DNA of 57,486 nucleotides from a virus (IMGVR_UViG_3300042298_002341:1-57486); one strand, 5' to 3'; numbered from the stretch's first letter, positions 44,807 through 53,675 are shown. Program-made: numbers and translations. The notes: generated from the sequence alone by a model not told the origin.

Positions 44807-46386
44807 GCGCCGTTGAGCGCCTGTCGTGCCGCAGCCTCAGCCTCGAACATGCCGACGAGCAAAGAGTGGTCGCTCACTTTGCCGGCCAGCGCCTTGAACA
44901 GTCGCTCCTCCACCGGGCTGCTCTGGATGTGGATGACGCGAACCTTGTCGGAATCCTGCCCCTTGCGGTCCGCTCGCGCGATGCACTGCAGATATTGCTC
45001 CACGCTGAGCAGCGGCCCGTAAAAGACCACCGTGTCGGCGGCTGTCAGGGTGATGCCGTGCGCCGTGGCCTGCGGTTGCATGACGAGTACGCGCGGGTCC
45101 GGGTTGCGCTGGAAGTCGTCGATGATCTGTGCGCGCTTGGAGGCGTTGACGCCGCCATGGATCTGGGCGTGGGTGATCTTGTGCTTCTCCAGACTGCGCG
45201 TGATCGTGTCGATGCTGGACAGGTAGAGCGCAAACACGATGACCTTTCGGTCCGTCTCCTCGATCACTTCCTGCAGCACTTGCAGGCGCGGTGTGGAGTC
45301 GAACTCGATGACCTCGTTGTTCTCTGAGTATGCGGCACCGCAGCTGATTTGCAGCAGTTTGTTCAACGCAACACCTGCGTTGGCGGCAGTGATCACCTCA
45401 CCCGCAGCCATGACCATCATCTGCTCTTTGAGGATCTTGTAGTACTTCGCCTGCTGCGCAGACATCGCGACATTGCGCGTCTCCACAATAACGGGCGGCA
45501 GATCAAGACACTCCTTCTTGGTGAAGCGTATGGCAGGCTGCAGCGCTTCGTGGACGATGTCACGCGCGTTGGACTTCGGTACCCACTTGTAGGTGGTGAC
45601 CTTGTTCATGACCTTGTCGCGCCACCCTGTCAGCAGCGTCGGCACGCCGCGCGGGTTGACGAGCTTGGCCAGCCCGTACGCGTCCACAGGCGACTGCGAA
45701 GCGGGGGTGCCGGTCATCATCCACAGGTACGTCTCTGGGCGCAGGATGGAAGCGAGCGCCTTCCACCTGTCCGTGTACGGGTTCTTGTAGGCGTTGGCCT
45801 CGTCCACGATGACGAGGTCGAACCGGCCGTCGTTGATGATCTCCTTGTTGATGATCTCCAGCCCGTCGTAGTTGGTGATGACAATCTCGTAGTCGCCCTG
45901 CAGCATCTCGACGCGGCGCGCTGCCTTGCGATGGTGGGCCACGATGGCGCTGCGGTGAATGACGCTGTTGGAGATGTCCGCCATCCACGCCGTATGCATG
46001 ATCGACACGGGGCAGAGCACAAGCACCCGGCGCACATCGCCGCGCAGCATGAGGTAGTCCGCCGCCCACAGCGCGCTGAGCGTCTTGCCGGTCCCCGGCT
46101 CGTTGAAGCAGAAGCCGCGTCGGTGCAGCGTGAGGAAGCTGGCGGTCTCCCGCTGGTGCTGCATGGGGCGGTAGCGCCCCGGCCACGGGTAAGAGCGCAT
46201 GATCGGACTGGGCGCGGTCTTCACGCCCAGATTGCGCAGCACCCGCATCTCGTCCAGCCCCCATGCCACGGCGACCGTGTAGCCGCCGTTGGGGAGCGTC
46301 TCCACCACCTTGGAGCGCGGGATGATGGTGTACTTCTCCGGCGAGCGCGTGCGGATCAGCACGGCCCGGTTGTCGATGATCTCCAT
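44803..46386 (-). CDS. SNF2-like SF2 helicase
   Basis: EPGTGKT, IVDEA, MTGTP, HGITLT, QCIARADRKGQ. Confidence 0.9.
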   Translation of the reverse strand: MEIIDNRAVLIRTRSPEKYTIIPRSKVVETLPNGGYTVAVAWGLDEMRVLRNLGVKTAPSPIMRSYPWPGRYRPMQHQRETASFLTLHRRGFCFNEPGTGKTLSALWAADYLMLRGDVRRVLVLCPVSIMHTAWMADISNSVIHRSAIVAHHRKAARRVEMLQGDYEIVITNYDGLEIINKEIINDGRFDLVIVDEANAYKNPYTDRWKALASILRPETYLWMMTGTPASQSPVDAYGLAKLVNPRGVPTLLTGWRDKVMNKVTTYKWVPKSNARDIVHEALQPAIRFTKKECLDLPPVIVETRNVAMSAQQAKYYKILKEQMMVMAAGEVITAANAGVALNKLLQISCGAAYSENNEVIEFDSTPRLQVLQEVIEETDRKVIVFALYLSSIDTITRSLEKHKITHAQIHGGVNASKRAQIIDDFQRNPDPRVLVMQPQATAHGITLTAADTVVFYGPLLSVEQYLQCIARADRKGQDSDKVRVIHIQSSPVEERLFKALAGKVSDHSLLVGMFEAEAAARQALNGA

Positions 46387-46388
46387 CG

Positions 46389-46625
46389 TCAGCGCCCGTT
46401 GTCGGAGCGGTTGCTGCTGCGCGAACGCAGCCGGGTGTTGGACATCGTGCTCTTGCCGCCGGCACGCAGCGGCTTGACGTGGTCGATGTCCTTGCCCGAG
46501 CGGTCGATGCCGGCCTTGTCGTACGCCCGCCGCGCGCGCTGGCGTTCGATCTGATCCTTGGTCTCGCCGCTGGCCTTCTGCAGTTGGTACTTGTGTTTCC
46601 AGTCGCGTTTCTCAGGCATGATCAA
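46389..46625 (-). CDS. Minimal HNH protein
   Basis: GKDIDHVKPLRAGG...SNTRL..RSSNRS. Confidence 0.75.
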   Translation of the reverse strand: MIMPEKRDWKHKYQLQKASGETKDQIERQRARRAYDKAGIDRSGKDIDHVKPLRAGGKSTMSNTRLRSRSSNRSDNGR

Positions 46626-47287
46626 CTCCTATGATGGTTAGGGTGATGTTCGCATGAAACCACAGGGCACCACGGACAAAGCGGTGACTGTTTGGGGTTC
46701 CACACGTTGTTGCTTATACAAGCAGCCAGCTTTGCCGTTCGCTCCCGATAAAGTTGCCAGTGCGCGTCTGCTTCTTCGCGCAGCATTTTCTTCTTCACGA
46801 TGTCGTTCTTGAGCGTAAAGATTAGCGCCGAGTTGACCTTGCGGATGTGGGGGAAGTGGGCAAATACCAGCAATGACATGAGAGTCAGCTGATCTCTGTC
46901 CGGGTACTTGTTGTTGCCGGTCTTCCAGTCGCCTACCCACGCAGTCAAGTTGTCGTCATCGACAACAAGAATGTCCGCTATGCCCCGCACCCACGTCTCA
47001 GGCGCGAACCACTCGCACGGCTCGATGTTGACGTTGACCGCCATCTGGTGCTCGGCCATCTTGCGCCCCGGCTTGGCGAGCATGGCGTCCGCCAGCGGCT
47101 TGTGTTGCTGGTACGCAGTAACAAACGGCTGGCCGTCTTTGATGTAAAGCTCAATGGCCTTGTGGACTGCGTTGCCGTAGATAGTAGCGGGCGTGTCCTT
47201 GCGTGGGTACTTCTTGAGAATCCGCACCTCATGATAGCGGCGCGGGCATCCCTCGAAGTCTTTGAGCGAACTGTGTGACCATTGCAT
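46622..47287 (-). CDS. PD-(D/E)XK exonuclease (Cas4/RecB-like)
   Basis: WSHSSL..FEGCP, RGIAD, DWKTG, QL, C-terminal CPWCPVVSC. Confidence 0.85.
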   Translation of the reverse strand: MQWSHSSLKDFEGCPRRYHEVRILKKYPRKDTPATIYGNAVHKAIELYIKDGQPFVTAYQQHKPLADAMLAKPGRKMAEHQMAVNVNIEPCEWFAPETWVRGIADILVVDDDNLTAWVGDWKTGNNKYPDRDQLTLMSLLVFAHFPHIRKVNSALIFTLKNDIVKKKMLREEADAHWQLYRERTAKLAACISNNVWNPKQSPLCPWCPVVSCEHHPNHHRS

Positions 47288-47596
47288 CTAGAACTCCGCA
47301 GTGTCGATGGCTTGACTGAGCAGCTTGCTGAACTGCGTGACAAAGCGCTCGTCGTTGTTGAGGGCGCTGCCCATCTCGTGAAGGACGGCGTGGGTGATCT
47401 CGTGCCACAGAACCTCGTTGCGCTTGGCGGGCGGCAGCGGCTGGCCTGCGTGGCTCGTGTACAGCATGATGGTCTTGATCTGCGAGTAGCACTCGCCGTA
47501 GTAGCGGCGATGCGACTTGGCAAGGTGCAGCGTGTACCGCGACTTGCCGACCGTGATGTGGCGCGGGGCGGGGACGAGCTTGACTTCGTTGGCCAT
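47288..47596 (-). CDS. Small zincin-like protein
   Basis: LWHEITHAVL (HExxH) with a downstream E; AGGAG RBS. Confidence 0.7.
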   Translation of the reverse strand: MANEVKLVPAPRHITVGKSRYTLHLAKSHRRYYGECYSQIKTIMLYTSHAGQPLPPAKRNEVLWHEITHAVLHEMGSALNNDERFVTQFSKLLSQAIDTAEF

Positions 47597-47613
47597 GGTG
47601 AGACTCCTAGTTG

Positions 47614-49620
47614 TCAGCCTTTCGCAAGGCCGTAGCGTCGGTGAGCGCCGACATCCGCTGCCAGAGGGATTCCCGGCATGTACTTGGGCTCCTTCGTCAT
47701 CTGCTCCAGAACCCACTTCGTTGCTTCGTCTTTCTCCTGCTCGGGCACAACGACAAGCTGCTCGTCATGCACCGTTCCTACAATCGGGTACCGCTTGCCA
47801 GTGCGTAGCATACCATCTGTCATGACGATACGCGCCAGCCCCTGCGTGATGTTGTTGGTGATCTTGCCAGCGTAGAGCTTTGTCTCCTTGTCTCCGTCGC
47901 CGTAGACCCACTCGACTCGCACCCGTCCGTTCTTCTTGACTTTGCGCGAACGCAGATTCGGATAGCGCACGCTCATGCCGTTGGGGAAAACGATCTGCTC
48001 TTTCTGAAACGTCAGGCACTTGTGGTGGTACACCTCGCCGCCGTACAGCGAGCGCTCGATCAGCTGCGAGCAAAGCTCCCACAGTCCAACCACCGGGTGC
48101 GCAGTGGCGCGGTAGATGTCGATGATCTTCTTGGCCGCTACGCAGTGGATCAGCAACTCCTGCGATGTGCAGGTGTGCGGGATCTCCGCCATCGCCTTGA
48201 GGTTGTCGTCCCAGTCGAGGAAGCGCTCGATGTAGTCACGCGTGACGCCCAGCTTGCGCGCGAAGTCTTTGTCGTAGCGTACAGGTGGAGCACCCAGAAA
48301 GCCAACCAGCAGCTGCGTGGCGAACGATGCCCACCCCAGACCGTATCCTGCCCCCAGCAGCGCCGACTTCGCGCTTTGGCGAAGATCCGGGTGCGTCTCT
48401 TTCGTCATGCCGGGTATGCCAAACATCTGCGAACCAAACATGGCGTAGGCATCTTGCCGGGACCGGAAGATGTCTAGAATCTCGTCGTAGTCGGCCAGCC
48501 ATCCCAGCACACGCGGTTCGATCTGTGAGAGGTCGCCGACCACCAGCACATGCCCCTCGGGGGCCATGATCGCCTTGCGCAGGAATGAGCCGCGCTTGAG
48601 GTTCTGCATGTTGATGGCGCTGCCTTTGGCGGCGCTCCAGCGGCCTGTGATGGCCCCGTAGTAGGAGAGGGGCACAGGCAGTCGTCCGCGTTCCGAAATC
48701 TCCATGAAGCGCTGCGCGCGTGTGCGCTCGGTGGTGGACTTCACCTTCAGCCTTGCCTCGCACAGCAGCGCCACGTCGCCGTTGTCGCCGTTGAGCAGTG
48801 CTTGGAACATGGCGTCGTTCTTGGCGAACGCGTACGTCAGGCCCTGCGGGTTGGGCGTCTTGGCCGTGGGCTTGCGCTTCTTCATGGGCGGCTCGACGCC
48901 CATGCGTCGCAGCACCTCCGCGAACTGCGGGCCGCTCGCCAGCGCATCCTCTGGGATGCCCAGCATCGCCAGCAACGCTTCACGCTGCTCCTTCTCCTCC
49001 AGCAGCGCGTGCACCAGCATGTCTTGGTCAAGCTCCAGCAGCGGGCGCGTGTACATCTTCAGCGTGAGGTCGATCAGCCGCAGTTCGCTGACCGGGTAGC
49101 CCACGCTCAGGCGCTTGTAGATCTCCTCGCACAGGAACACGTCGTGCTTGCAGTACTCGGCAAGCTCCTTCTCCTCCTCCAGCGTGATGATGCCCATCTT
49201 GCCGTCGGTGCTGTAGACCGCCTTGCCCTTGGGCGGCAGGCCGAATTCATCAGCCAGCTTGGACAAGCTGTTGCCCACCTCGACCCCGCGCAGCGCCCGC
49301 GCCATCGACAGCGTGTCGAAGATGAACGCCGGCTCGTAGCCGTAGACCCACGTCAGGATGCTGACATCGAACTGAGCGTTGTGGGCGAGCACGGCGGTCG
49401 TGCTCCAGTCGATCTCGTCGAAGATCTGGCGGATGTACTTGTAGCCGATCCAGCGCGGCGGCTCGTCGCTGCCCAAGAAGTGGATGCCTACGCCCCAAGA
49501 GGCAAAGCGCTTGTCTCGGATGTACTCCTCGGTTGTCATCTTGGAGAGCGTGTAGCCTGCCTTCGAGTCCCATTTAGTCTCGAAGTCGATTGTGAGTATT
49601 TGAGTGAATGGTGCGCTCAT
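47614..49620 (-). CDS. polA: Family A DNA polymerase (3'-5' exo + pol); frame stays open upstream to 50223
   Basis: IDFET, HNAQFD, YCKHD; motif A DLSQIEPR, motif B RQSAKSALLGAGYG, motif C TVHDE. Confidence 0.95.
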   Translation of the reverse strand: MSAPFTQILTIDFETKWDSKAGYTLSKMTTEEYIRDKRFASWGVGIHFLGSDEPPRWIGYKYIRQIFDEIDWSTTAVLAHNAQFDVSILTWVYGYEPAFIFDTLSMARALRGVEVGNSLSKLADEFGLPPKGKAVYSTDGKMGIITLEEEKELAEYCKHDVFLCEEIYKRLSVGYPVSELRLIDLTLKMYTRPLLELDQDMLVHALLEEKEQREALLAMLGIPEDALASGPQFAEVLRRMGVEPPMKKRKPTAKTPNPQGLTYAFAKNDAMFQALLNGDNGDVALLCEARLKVKSTTERTRAQRFMEISERGRLPVPLSYYGAITGRWSAAKGSAINMQNLKRGSFLRKAIMAPEGHVLVVGDLSQIEPRVLGWLADYDEILDIFRSRQDAYAMFGSQMFGIPGMTKETHPDLRQSAKSALLGAGYGLGWASFATQLLVGFLGAPPVRYDKDFARKLGVTRDYIERFLDWDDNLKAMAEIPHTCTSQELLIHCVAAKKIIDIYRATAHPVVGLWELCSQLIERSLYGGEVYHHKCLTFQKEQIVFPNGMSVRYPNLRSRKVKKNGRVRVEWVYGDGDKETKLYAGKITNNITQGLARIVMTDGMLRTGKRYPIVGTVHDEQLVVVPEQEKDEATKWVLEQMTKEPKYMPGIPLAADVGAHRRYGLAKG

Positions 49621-49631
49621 GTGGGTGCCTG

Positions 49632-49940
49632 TTAGTGACGCGTCATCTGGTCTTCGTCCATCATCGCCAGCATGTACGCTTGGGACGCTGCTTCCAGCAT
49701 CCGTACTGTGTCCTCTTCCGTCGTCAGGTGCAGTGGATAGACTGATAACTCTTCGACCCCCTCGTAGTGTGTTAAGAGTACGGCGCGAAAGCTGAAGCGT
49801 TTCTTCTGCATGTAGCACGCCGCCAACTTCTTCAGGATGAATTGAAACTCCTTCAGCGCTTGATTGTTGGACCGCAGTTCGTGGTGGACTGTGGCCAGCA
49901 GATGCACATCCTCCAGCCGCGTCTGTTCGTCGTTTGACAT
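49632..49940 (-). CDS. Hypothetical protein nested out of frame between VRR-NUC and polymerase
   Basis: 102 aa, AGAGG RBS, protein-like composition, stop just before the polymerase ATG. Confidence 0.7.
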   Translation of the reverse strand: MSNDEQTRLEDVHLLATVHHELRSNNQALKEFQFILKKLAACYMQKKRFSFRAVLLTHYEGVEELSVYPLHLTTEEDTVRMLEAASQAYMLAMMDEDQMTRH

Positions 49941-50223
49941 GATCTAGCGCCTCTCTTAGCGCAGAAAGGTTGTCTTCGTTGATCACCAACGACACGCCGC
50001 CGGCTAGCGTAATGTCCTCCAGCGCTTTCTTTTGCAGCGCTGTGGTGGTCCCTTTTCCAGCCTTGGCCTCTACCGCGATAAAGCACCCGCAGTAGCAAAT
50101 GAGGAAGTCTGGTGTTCCAGACTTGCCGTAACCTGTACCAATGGGCATGGCATAGTACGCTCCGTACTCTTTGAGCACGTCGCGTATACGCCGCTTTACT
50201 TTTGACTCTGGAGTAGCGGCCAT
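49930..50223 (-). CDS. VRR-NUC nuclease domain (no own stop codon; 3' boundary approximate)
   Basis: TPESKVK...GTPDFL...FIAVEAKA...TALQ...GG..LVINE. Confidence 0.85.
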
Positions 50224-50232
50224 CTTGTTCGT

Positions 50233-50374
50233 CCGGGGGAGATGCAGATTCCGCGCCCCCGGTGTTCGCGGTGCAGGTGGCAGGCGGAGGCAAAGCCGTA
50301 GTCAGTTCCGCCCGCCGCGACGAGAGTTCACATCTGCAAGGCCCCTCAGCGCCGCGCTCTCACCATGACTACAG
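50233..50374 (-). ncRNA. Candidate multi-pseudoknot structured RNA
   Basis: Six complementary segment pairs, two of them crossing, fill the intergenic gap. Strand inferred from G-U pairs and the surrounding operon. Confidence 0.55.
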
Positions 50375-50383
50375 GTGTTCGAT

Positions 50384-50668
50384 TTACAGCAGCTTGCCCG
50401 TGTTGCCGTCGCTTGTCAACCGGACAACCTCGGGCGACGAAGGCTTCGCCGCCGCTGCTGTTTGTTCCAAATTCTCGATCAGCTTGTCGATGTAGTGCCG
50501 CGCTTTGCGCAAATCTTCGATGCCGTTTTTGTACCGCCAGCGCGACAGATACTTGACAGCATTGCCGTCGAAATAGCCCAGTCCCCAGTCATGGATCACA
50601 TCCCACGTCTGGTACTTGAACTGCTTGTAGTGACCACCACCGTACTGAACTTCATTCGCGCTCATCAT
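50384..50668 (-). CDS. DUF3310-like protein (T7 gp1.7 nucleotide kinase-like)
   Basis: QYGGGHY...GNAVKYLSR...KNGIEDLRKARHY. Confidence 0.85.
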   Translation of the reverse strand: MMSANEVQYGGGHYKQFKYQTWDVIHDWGLGYFDGNAVKYLSRWRYKNGIEDLRKARHYIDKLIENLEQTAAAAKPSSPEVVRLTSDGNTGKLL

Positions 50669-50987
50669 CTTTCTCCTTGCGCATCTCCTGCGCGTAGTAC
50701 CTCAACTCGACTGTGCGCGCCGCCGCCCGCAGGCGGCTCACGCTGGTGGCTTTCATCACCTCGATGGCAATCGCCACGAAGGTCTCGATCTCGGCTCGTT
50801 CCTCGTCGCCCCAGCCGATCAGACTGGCCACCGCAGCCTGCAGCCGCTCGTCGCGCAGCTTGGCAACGCGCTCGACAAGATACTCCAGATCCTCCCGAGG
50901 CACAGCGGCGCGCTCGCGCAGCAGCGCGTGCATCCGTGCGGCCTGTTCGGCCACGAAGTCGGCGTCAGGTTTCGGGCGGCGGCTCAT
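50652..50987 (-). CDS. Hypothetical helical protein
   Basis: 111 aa, AGGA RBS, overlaps both neighbours. Confidence 0.65.
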   Translation of the reverse strand: MSRRPKPDADFVAEQAARMHALLRERAAVPREDLEYLVERVAKLRDERLQAAVASLIGWGDEERAEIETFVAIAIEVMKATSVSRLRAAARTVELRYYAQEMRKEKDDERE

Positions 50988-51150
50988 GGGGTGTTTCCTG
51001 CTGTACATCGCGCTGCGGCACTTCGTAGGTCGTCCATCGAGTGTTGCAGGCCATGCACTCGCGCCTGCGTGTGATCCAGCCCGTAGCGGGTTGCTTGCGC
51101 GAGTCGATGACCTTGGACTCCCACGAGTCGCAGGAGACGCAGATGGTCAT
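50965..51150 (-). CDS. NrdR N-terminal-like Zn ribbon protein
   Basis: CVSC...SKVIDSR...RRRECMACNTRWTTYE; ATGA overlap. Confidence 0.75.
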   Translation of the reverse strand: MTICVSCDSWESKVIDSRKQPATGWITRRRECMACNTRWTTYEVPQRDVQQETPHEPPPET

Positions 51151-51359
51151 GGGATCTTGTTTTCGTCGAGCCGGTGATCGCCGCACCAGTCGTCGGACTT
51201 CACCGCAGGGTAGCCGCTCATGGTCGGCGCGTGCCTGCGGCATCTTCCGACCTTCCACAGATCGCCTTCTGCCATGTTGTCGTGCTTCTTGCCGACGAAC
51301 CACATGCAAGTCGTGCAGCGCATTCCTTCGCTGCGGTGCTTCCACGGATCATTGCTCAT
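51147..51359 (-). CDS. Small Cys-rich protein
   Basis: CTTCMWF...GRCRRHAP...YP...DWCGDH. Confidence 0.75.
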   Translation of the reverse strand: MSNDPWKHRSEGMRCTTCMWFVGKKHDNMAEGDLWKVGRCRRHAPTMSGYPAVKSDDWCGDHRLDENKIP

Positions 51360-51361
51360 AG

Positions 51362-51607
51362 CTATTCCCTTGGTTGTTTGAAACCGAGCCGCCGGATGGC
51401 AAGCTCAAGCAGCATCCCGGCGTCCTCCGCCGAGTTGTCGGAGCGCGAAAAGCTGGATTGCCACTCGCCCCCTATGCGCCGACCGATCAGCCCAACGCTG
51501 ACCAAATCGCCGTTCTTGGCATCCTCAAGCCATTGCTCCAGCATATTGATGCAGTCGCTGTTGTCTGGCGTTGTGGCTTTGAGGAATGGTTTGATGTTGT
51601 CATTCAT
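51362..51607 (-). CDS. Hypothetical protein
   Basis: 81 aa; LEQWLEDAKNGDLVSVGLIG. Confidence 0.65.
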   Translation of the reverse strand: MNDNIKPFLKATTPDNSDCINMLEQWLEDAKNGDLVSVGLIGRRIGGEWQSSFSRSDNSAEDAGMLLELAIRRLGFKQPRE

Positions 51608-51663
51608 GGCATGGCCTTCCCGATCTCGGTGCGGGTCACTTCTTCCCCCTTGCGCGGATGAAT

Positions 51664-51966
51664 TCAGCGTAATGATCGGGCATCCAACCACTTCAGGAAC
51701 GCCGACAGTTCAGGATATTTCTTCGTGAACTCCTCGCTGGCTGCTTCGTTTAGCCACTTAACACCATGTTCCAGATCGCCTTGAAGGCGCGACGAATACT
51801 CGTCGCTGATTGCCTCGCGCTCGGCTGCGGCACCGGCTTCGTAGGCCATCTTGAAGAAGCGTTCAATATGTCCTTTAGAGGCGGTCAGGTGGCCCCACAT
51901 CTCTGCAACACCATGATCTTGGAACCCAGCCTCCTGCGCCATGCGGATGATGTCGTCGCGGTTCAT
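51664..51966 (-). CDS. Mosaic early protein (MNRDDIIRMA...AAAEREA type)
   Basis: ATGA overlap; motifs common in small phage early genes. Confidence 0.7.
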   Translation of the reverse strand: MNRDDIIRMAQEAGFQDHGVAEMWGHLTASKGHIERFFKMAYEAGAAAEREAISDEYSSRLQGDLEHGVKWLNEAASEEFTKKYPELSAFLKWLDARSLR

Positions 51967-52166
51967 ACCATCGGCCCCAGTGCATCCCACAGGTTCTCGG
52001 CCTGCGGACGCGAATGCGTCGTGATCCCCGGATTGTCCTTAAGAGCCCAGAGCGTGGGCTTCTGCTTCAGTACCCTGTCGCGCAACTCATTTCGCTGTTG
52101 CAGGATGCACTCGGGCCTCATGCACCAGTAGTTGCAGGTGTGCAGGTTGCGGTCGTCGTTGGTCAT
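51963..52166 (-). CDS. Small Cys/His protein
   Basis: HTCNYWCMRPECILQQRNELR. Confidence 0.7.
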   Translation of the reverse strand: MTNDDRNLHTCNYWCMRPECILQQRNELRDRVLKQKPTLWALKDNPGITTHSRPQAENLWDALGPMV

Positions 52167-52384
52167 TTCTTCCTCGCTGCCATCATGACGTCGGCCATTC
52201 TGTAGGCACGCAACGCAGTCCGAGCAAAATCGCTTTCGTGTATGCCGTCAGTCATATCTGCCTGCATCACCTTCGCCGCGAAGTAATCGCGCAGGGTCAT
52301 GCCTTCTTCGTGATCAAAGTCTGGGTTGTGGCGCATGTCGCGCATCGACGGAAACGCCGGCCCGCCGTTGTCTTTCGTGCTCAT
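52163..52384 (-). CDS. Array gene D2 (GGPAFP...GMTLRDYFAA type)
   Basis: Ends ADVMMAARKK; paralogue of 52381-52581. Confidence 0.8.
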   Translation of the reverse strand: MSTKDNGGPAFPSMRDMRHNPDFDHEEGMTLRDYFAAKVMQADMTDGIHESDFARTALRAYRMADVMMAARKK

Positions 52385-52581
52385 TTCTTCCTCGCTGCCA
52401 TCATGGCGTCTGCTACGTCAAACGCATACTTCGCAAGCTCAATCGTCTGGTAGTTTTCAGACGCCGATAGCATCCCCTGCATCGCCATCCCCGCATACCA
52501 GTCGTGCAGGGTCATGTTCGCCGCCATCGGCGGGAGCGTGGAAGAAATAACCGTTATCCCTTCGACTTGGACATTGCTCAT
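52381..52581 (-). CDS. Array gene D1 (MTLHDWYAG)
   Basis: Ends ADAMMAARKK; ATGA overlaps. Confidence 0.75.
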   Translation of the reverse strand: MSNVQVEGITVISSTLPPMAANMTLHDWYAGMAMQGMLSASENYQTIELAKYAFDVADAMMAARKK

Positions 52582-52802
52582 TTCGCCCATCCTTTCGGCG
52601 GCTCTGCGAGGCCGCGCCATGGGTTATCCTTAAAAGGGTACGGCGTTGTCTCACAGGCCGCTTTGTAAACGGTAGTGCTGCCGTAATACCAACGCTCACC
52701 ATCCCATCGCCGATACACTACAAATCTCGGCTTTTTGGCCTGATACACCCCCGGATACGCCGGCTTAACGTCGGCGGGGAACCACGGTGTAAACTTGCTC
52801 AT
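52578..52802 (-). CDS. Array gene B2 ([13 protein letters not shown])
   Basis: Paralogue of 53672-53890; ends [14 protein letters not shown]. Confidence 0.8.
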   Translation of the reverse strand: MSKFTPWFPADVKPAYPGVYQAKKPRFVVYRRWDGERWYYGSTTVYKAACETTPYPFKDNPWRGLAEPPKGWAK

Positions 52803-53062
52803 GACTTCCCCTCCGCTTTTGCGATGGCTGCGCGGGCCTTGCCAAACCCAGCGTCAAGTTGTTCCCAGCCTTTGCCGTCTGCTGCATCCACTATCTCTTG
52901 CAAAGCTCTTAGCAGTTCCGGCGCTGCGGCGATCAAGCGGGCATTTGCGGTCTGCCTCGGGGTCATATCCCGATAGCTGGTAAGCAAACACACGGTTGTG
53001 TCGTCGTCGCTGCTGATCATGCTGCCCGTGATGATCCACGGCCCCGGCGTGTGCTTGCTCAT
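52799..53062 (-). CDS. Array gene C2 (MSKHTPGPW...[11 protein letters not shown]...[12 protein letters not shown])
   Basis: ATGA overlaps; termini shared with neighbours. Confidence 0.8.
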   Translation of the reverse strand: MSKHTPGPWIITGSMISSDDDTTVCLLTSYRDMTPRQTANARLIAAAPELLRALQEIVDAADGKGWEQLDAGFGKARAAIAKAEGKS

Positions 53063-53388
53063 TTCTTCCCCTCCGCTTTTGCGATGGCGGCGCGGGCCCG
53101 TGCAATGCGCTGACAGTGACAGCATCTTGATTGCGGCACGATTCCGTAATGACATGGGGCGTCTGGCGGCGGCATGTTCGGGGTTATCTCCTTCAACGCT
53201 TCCAGCAGTTCCGGCGCAGCGGAGATCAGACGGGCGTCGGATTCTTCCTGCTCTTTGCTGTATTCACGAGTGCTGAAGCTGCTTGGCTCAACGGCACAAA
53301 CATACTCATAAACGCCGTCTACAAGCCTCGCTACAAGATTCGGGTTGCTGTCGTCTACAACCCACGGCCCCGGCGTGTGCTTGCTCAT
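53059..53388 (-). CDS. Array gene C1 (MSKHTPGPW...[12 protein letters not shown])
   Basis: Shared termini with a distinct middle. Confidence 0.8.
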   Translation of the reverse strand: MSKHTPGPWVVDDSNPNLVARLVDGVYEYVCAVEPSSFSTREYSKEQEESDARLISAAPELLEALKEITPNMPPPDAPCHYGIVPQSRCCHCQRIARARAAIAKAEGKK

Positions 53389-53675
53389 GACTTCCCCTCC
53401 GCTTTCGCGATGGCTGCGCGGGCCTTGGCTACGCAGGCCGCGACGTCTTCCGGGTCCGGCATACCTTCAAGATGGTCAGCCGCAGTACGCAACGCCGCCA
53501 GCAGTTCGGCGACCTCGGCGTGCAGCTTGGTGACCTCGGCCGCAAGCATGTCGCGGTGCTTTCGCACGCGGTGCTCGTCCCAGTAGAGCCGGCGCAGTTC
53601 GGCGGCTATTGGATGAGCGCCGGCTTTGTCTGCTTTGTCAGCCAGCAGCAGGGCTTCGGGTTGCTGGTCGCTCAT
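53385..53675 (-). CDS. Array gene A2 (MSDQQPEAL...AAELRRL...[12 protein letters not shown])
   Basis: Paralogue of 53887-54108. Confidence 0.75.
   Translation of the reverse strand: MSDQQPEALLLADKADKAGAHPIAAELRRLYWDEHRVRKHRDMLAAEVTKLHAEVAELLAALRTAADHLEGMPDPEDVAACVAKARAAIAKAEGKS

Noticed and set aside
46622-47287. Cas4-like gene as a CRISPR component
   Set aside because: Solo PD-(D/E)XK nucleases are ordinary in phage replication modules, and no array is present.
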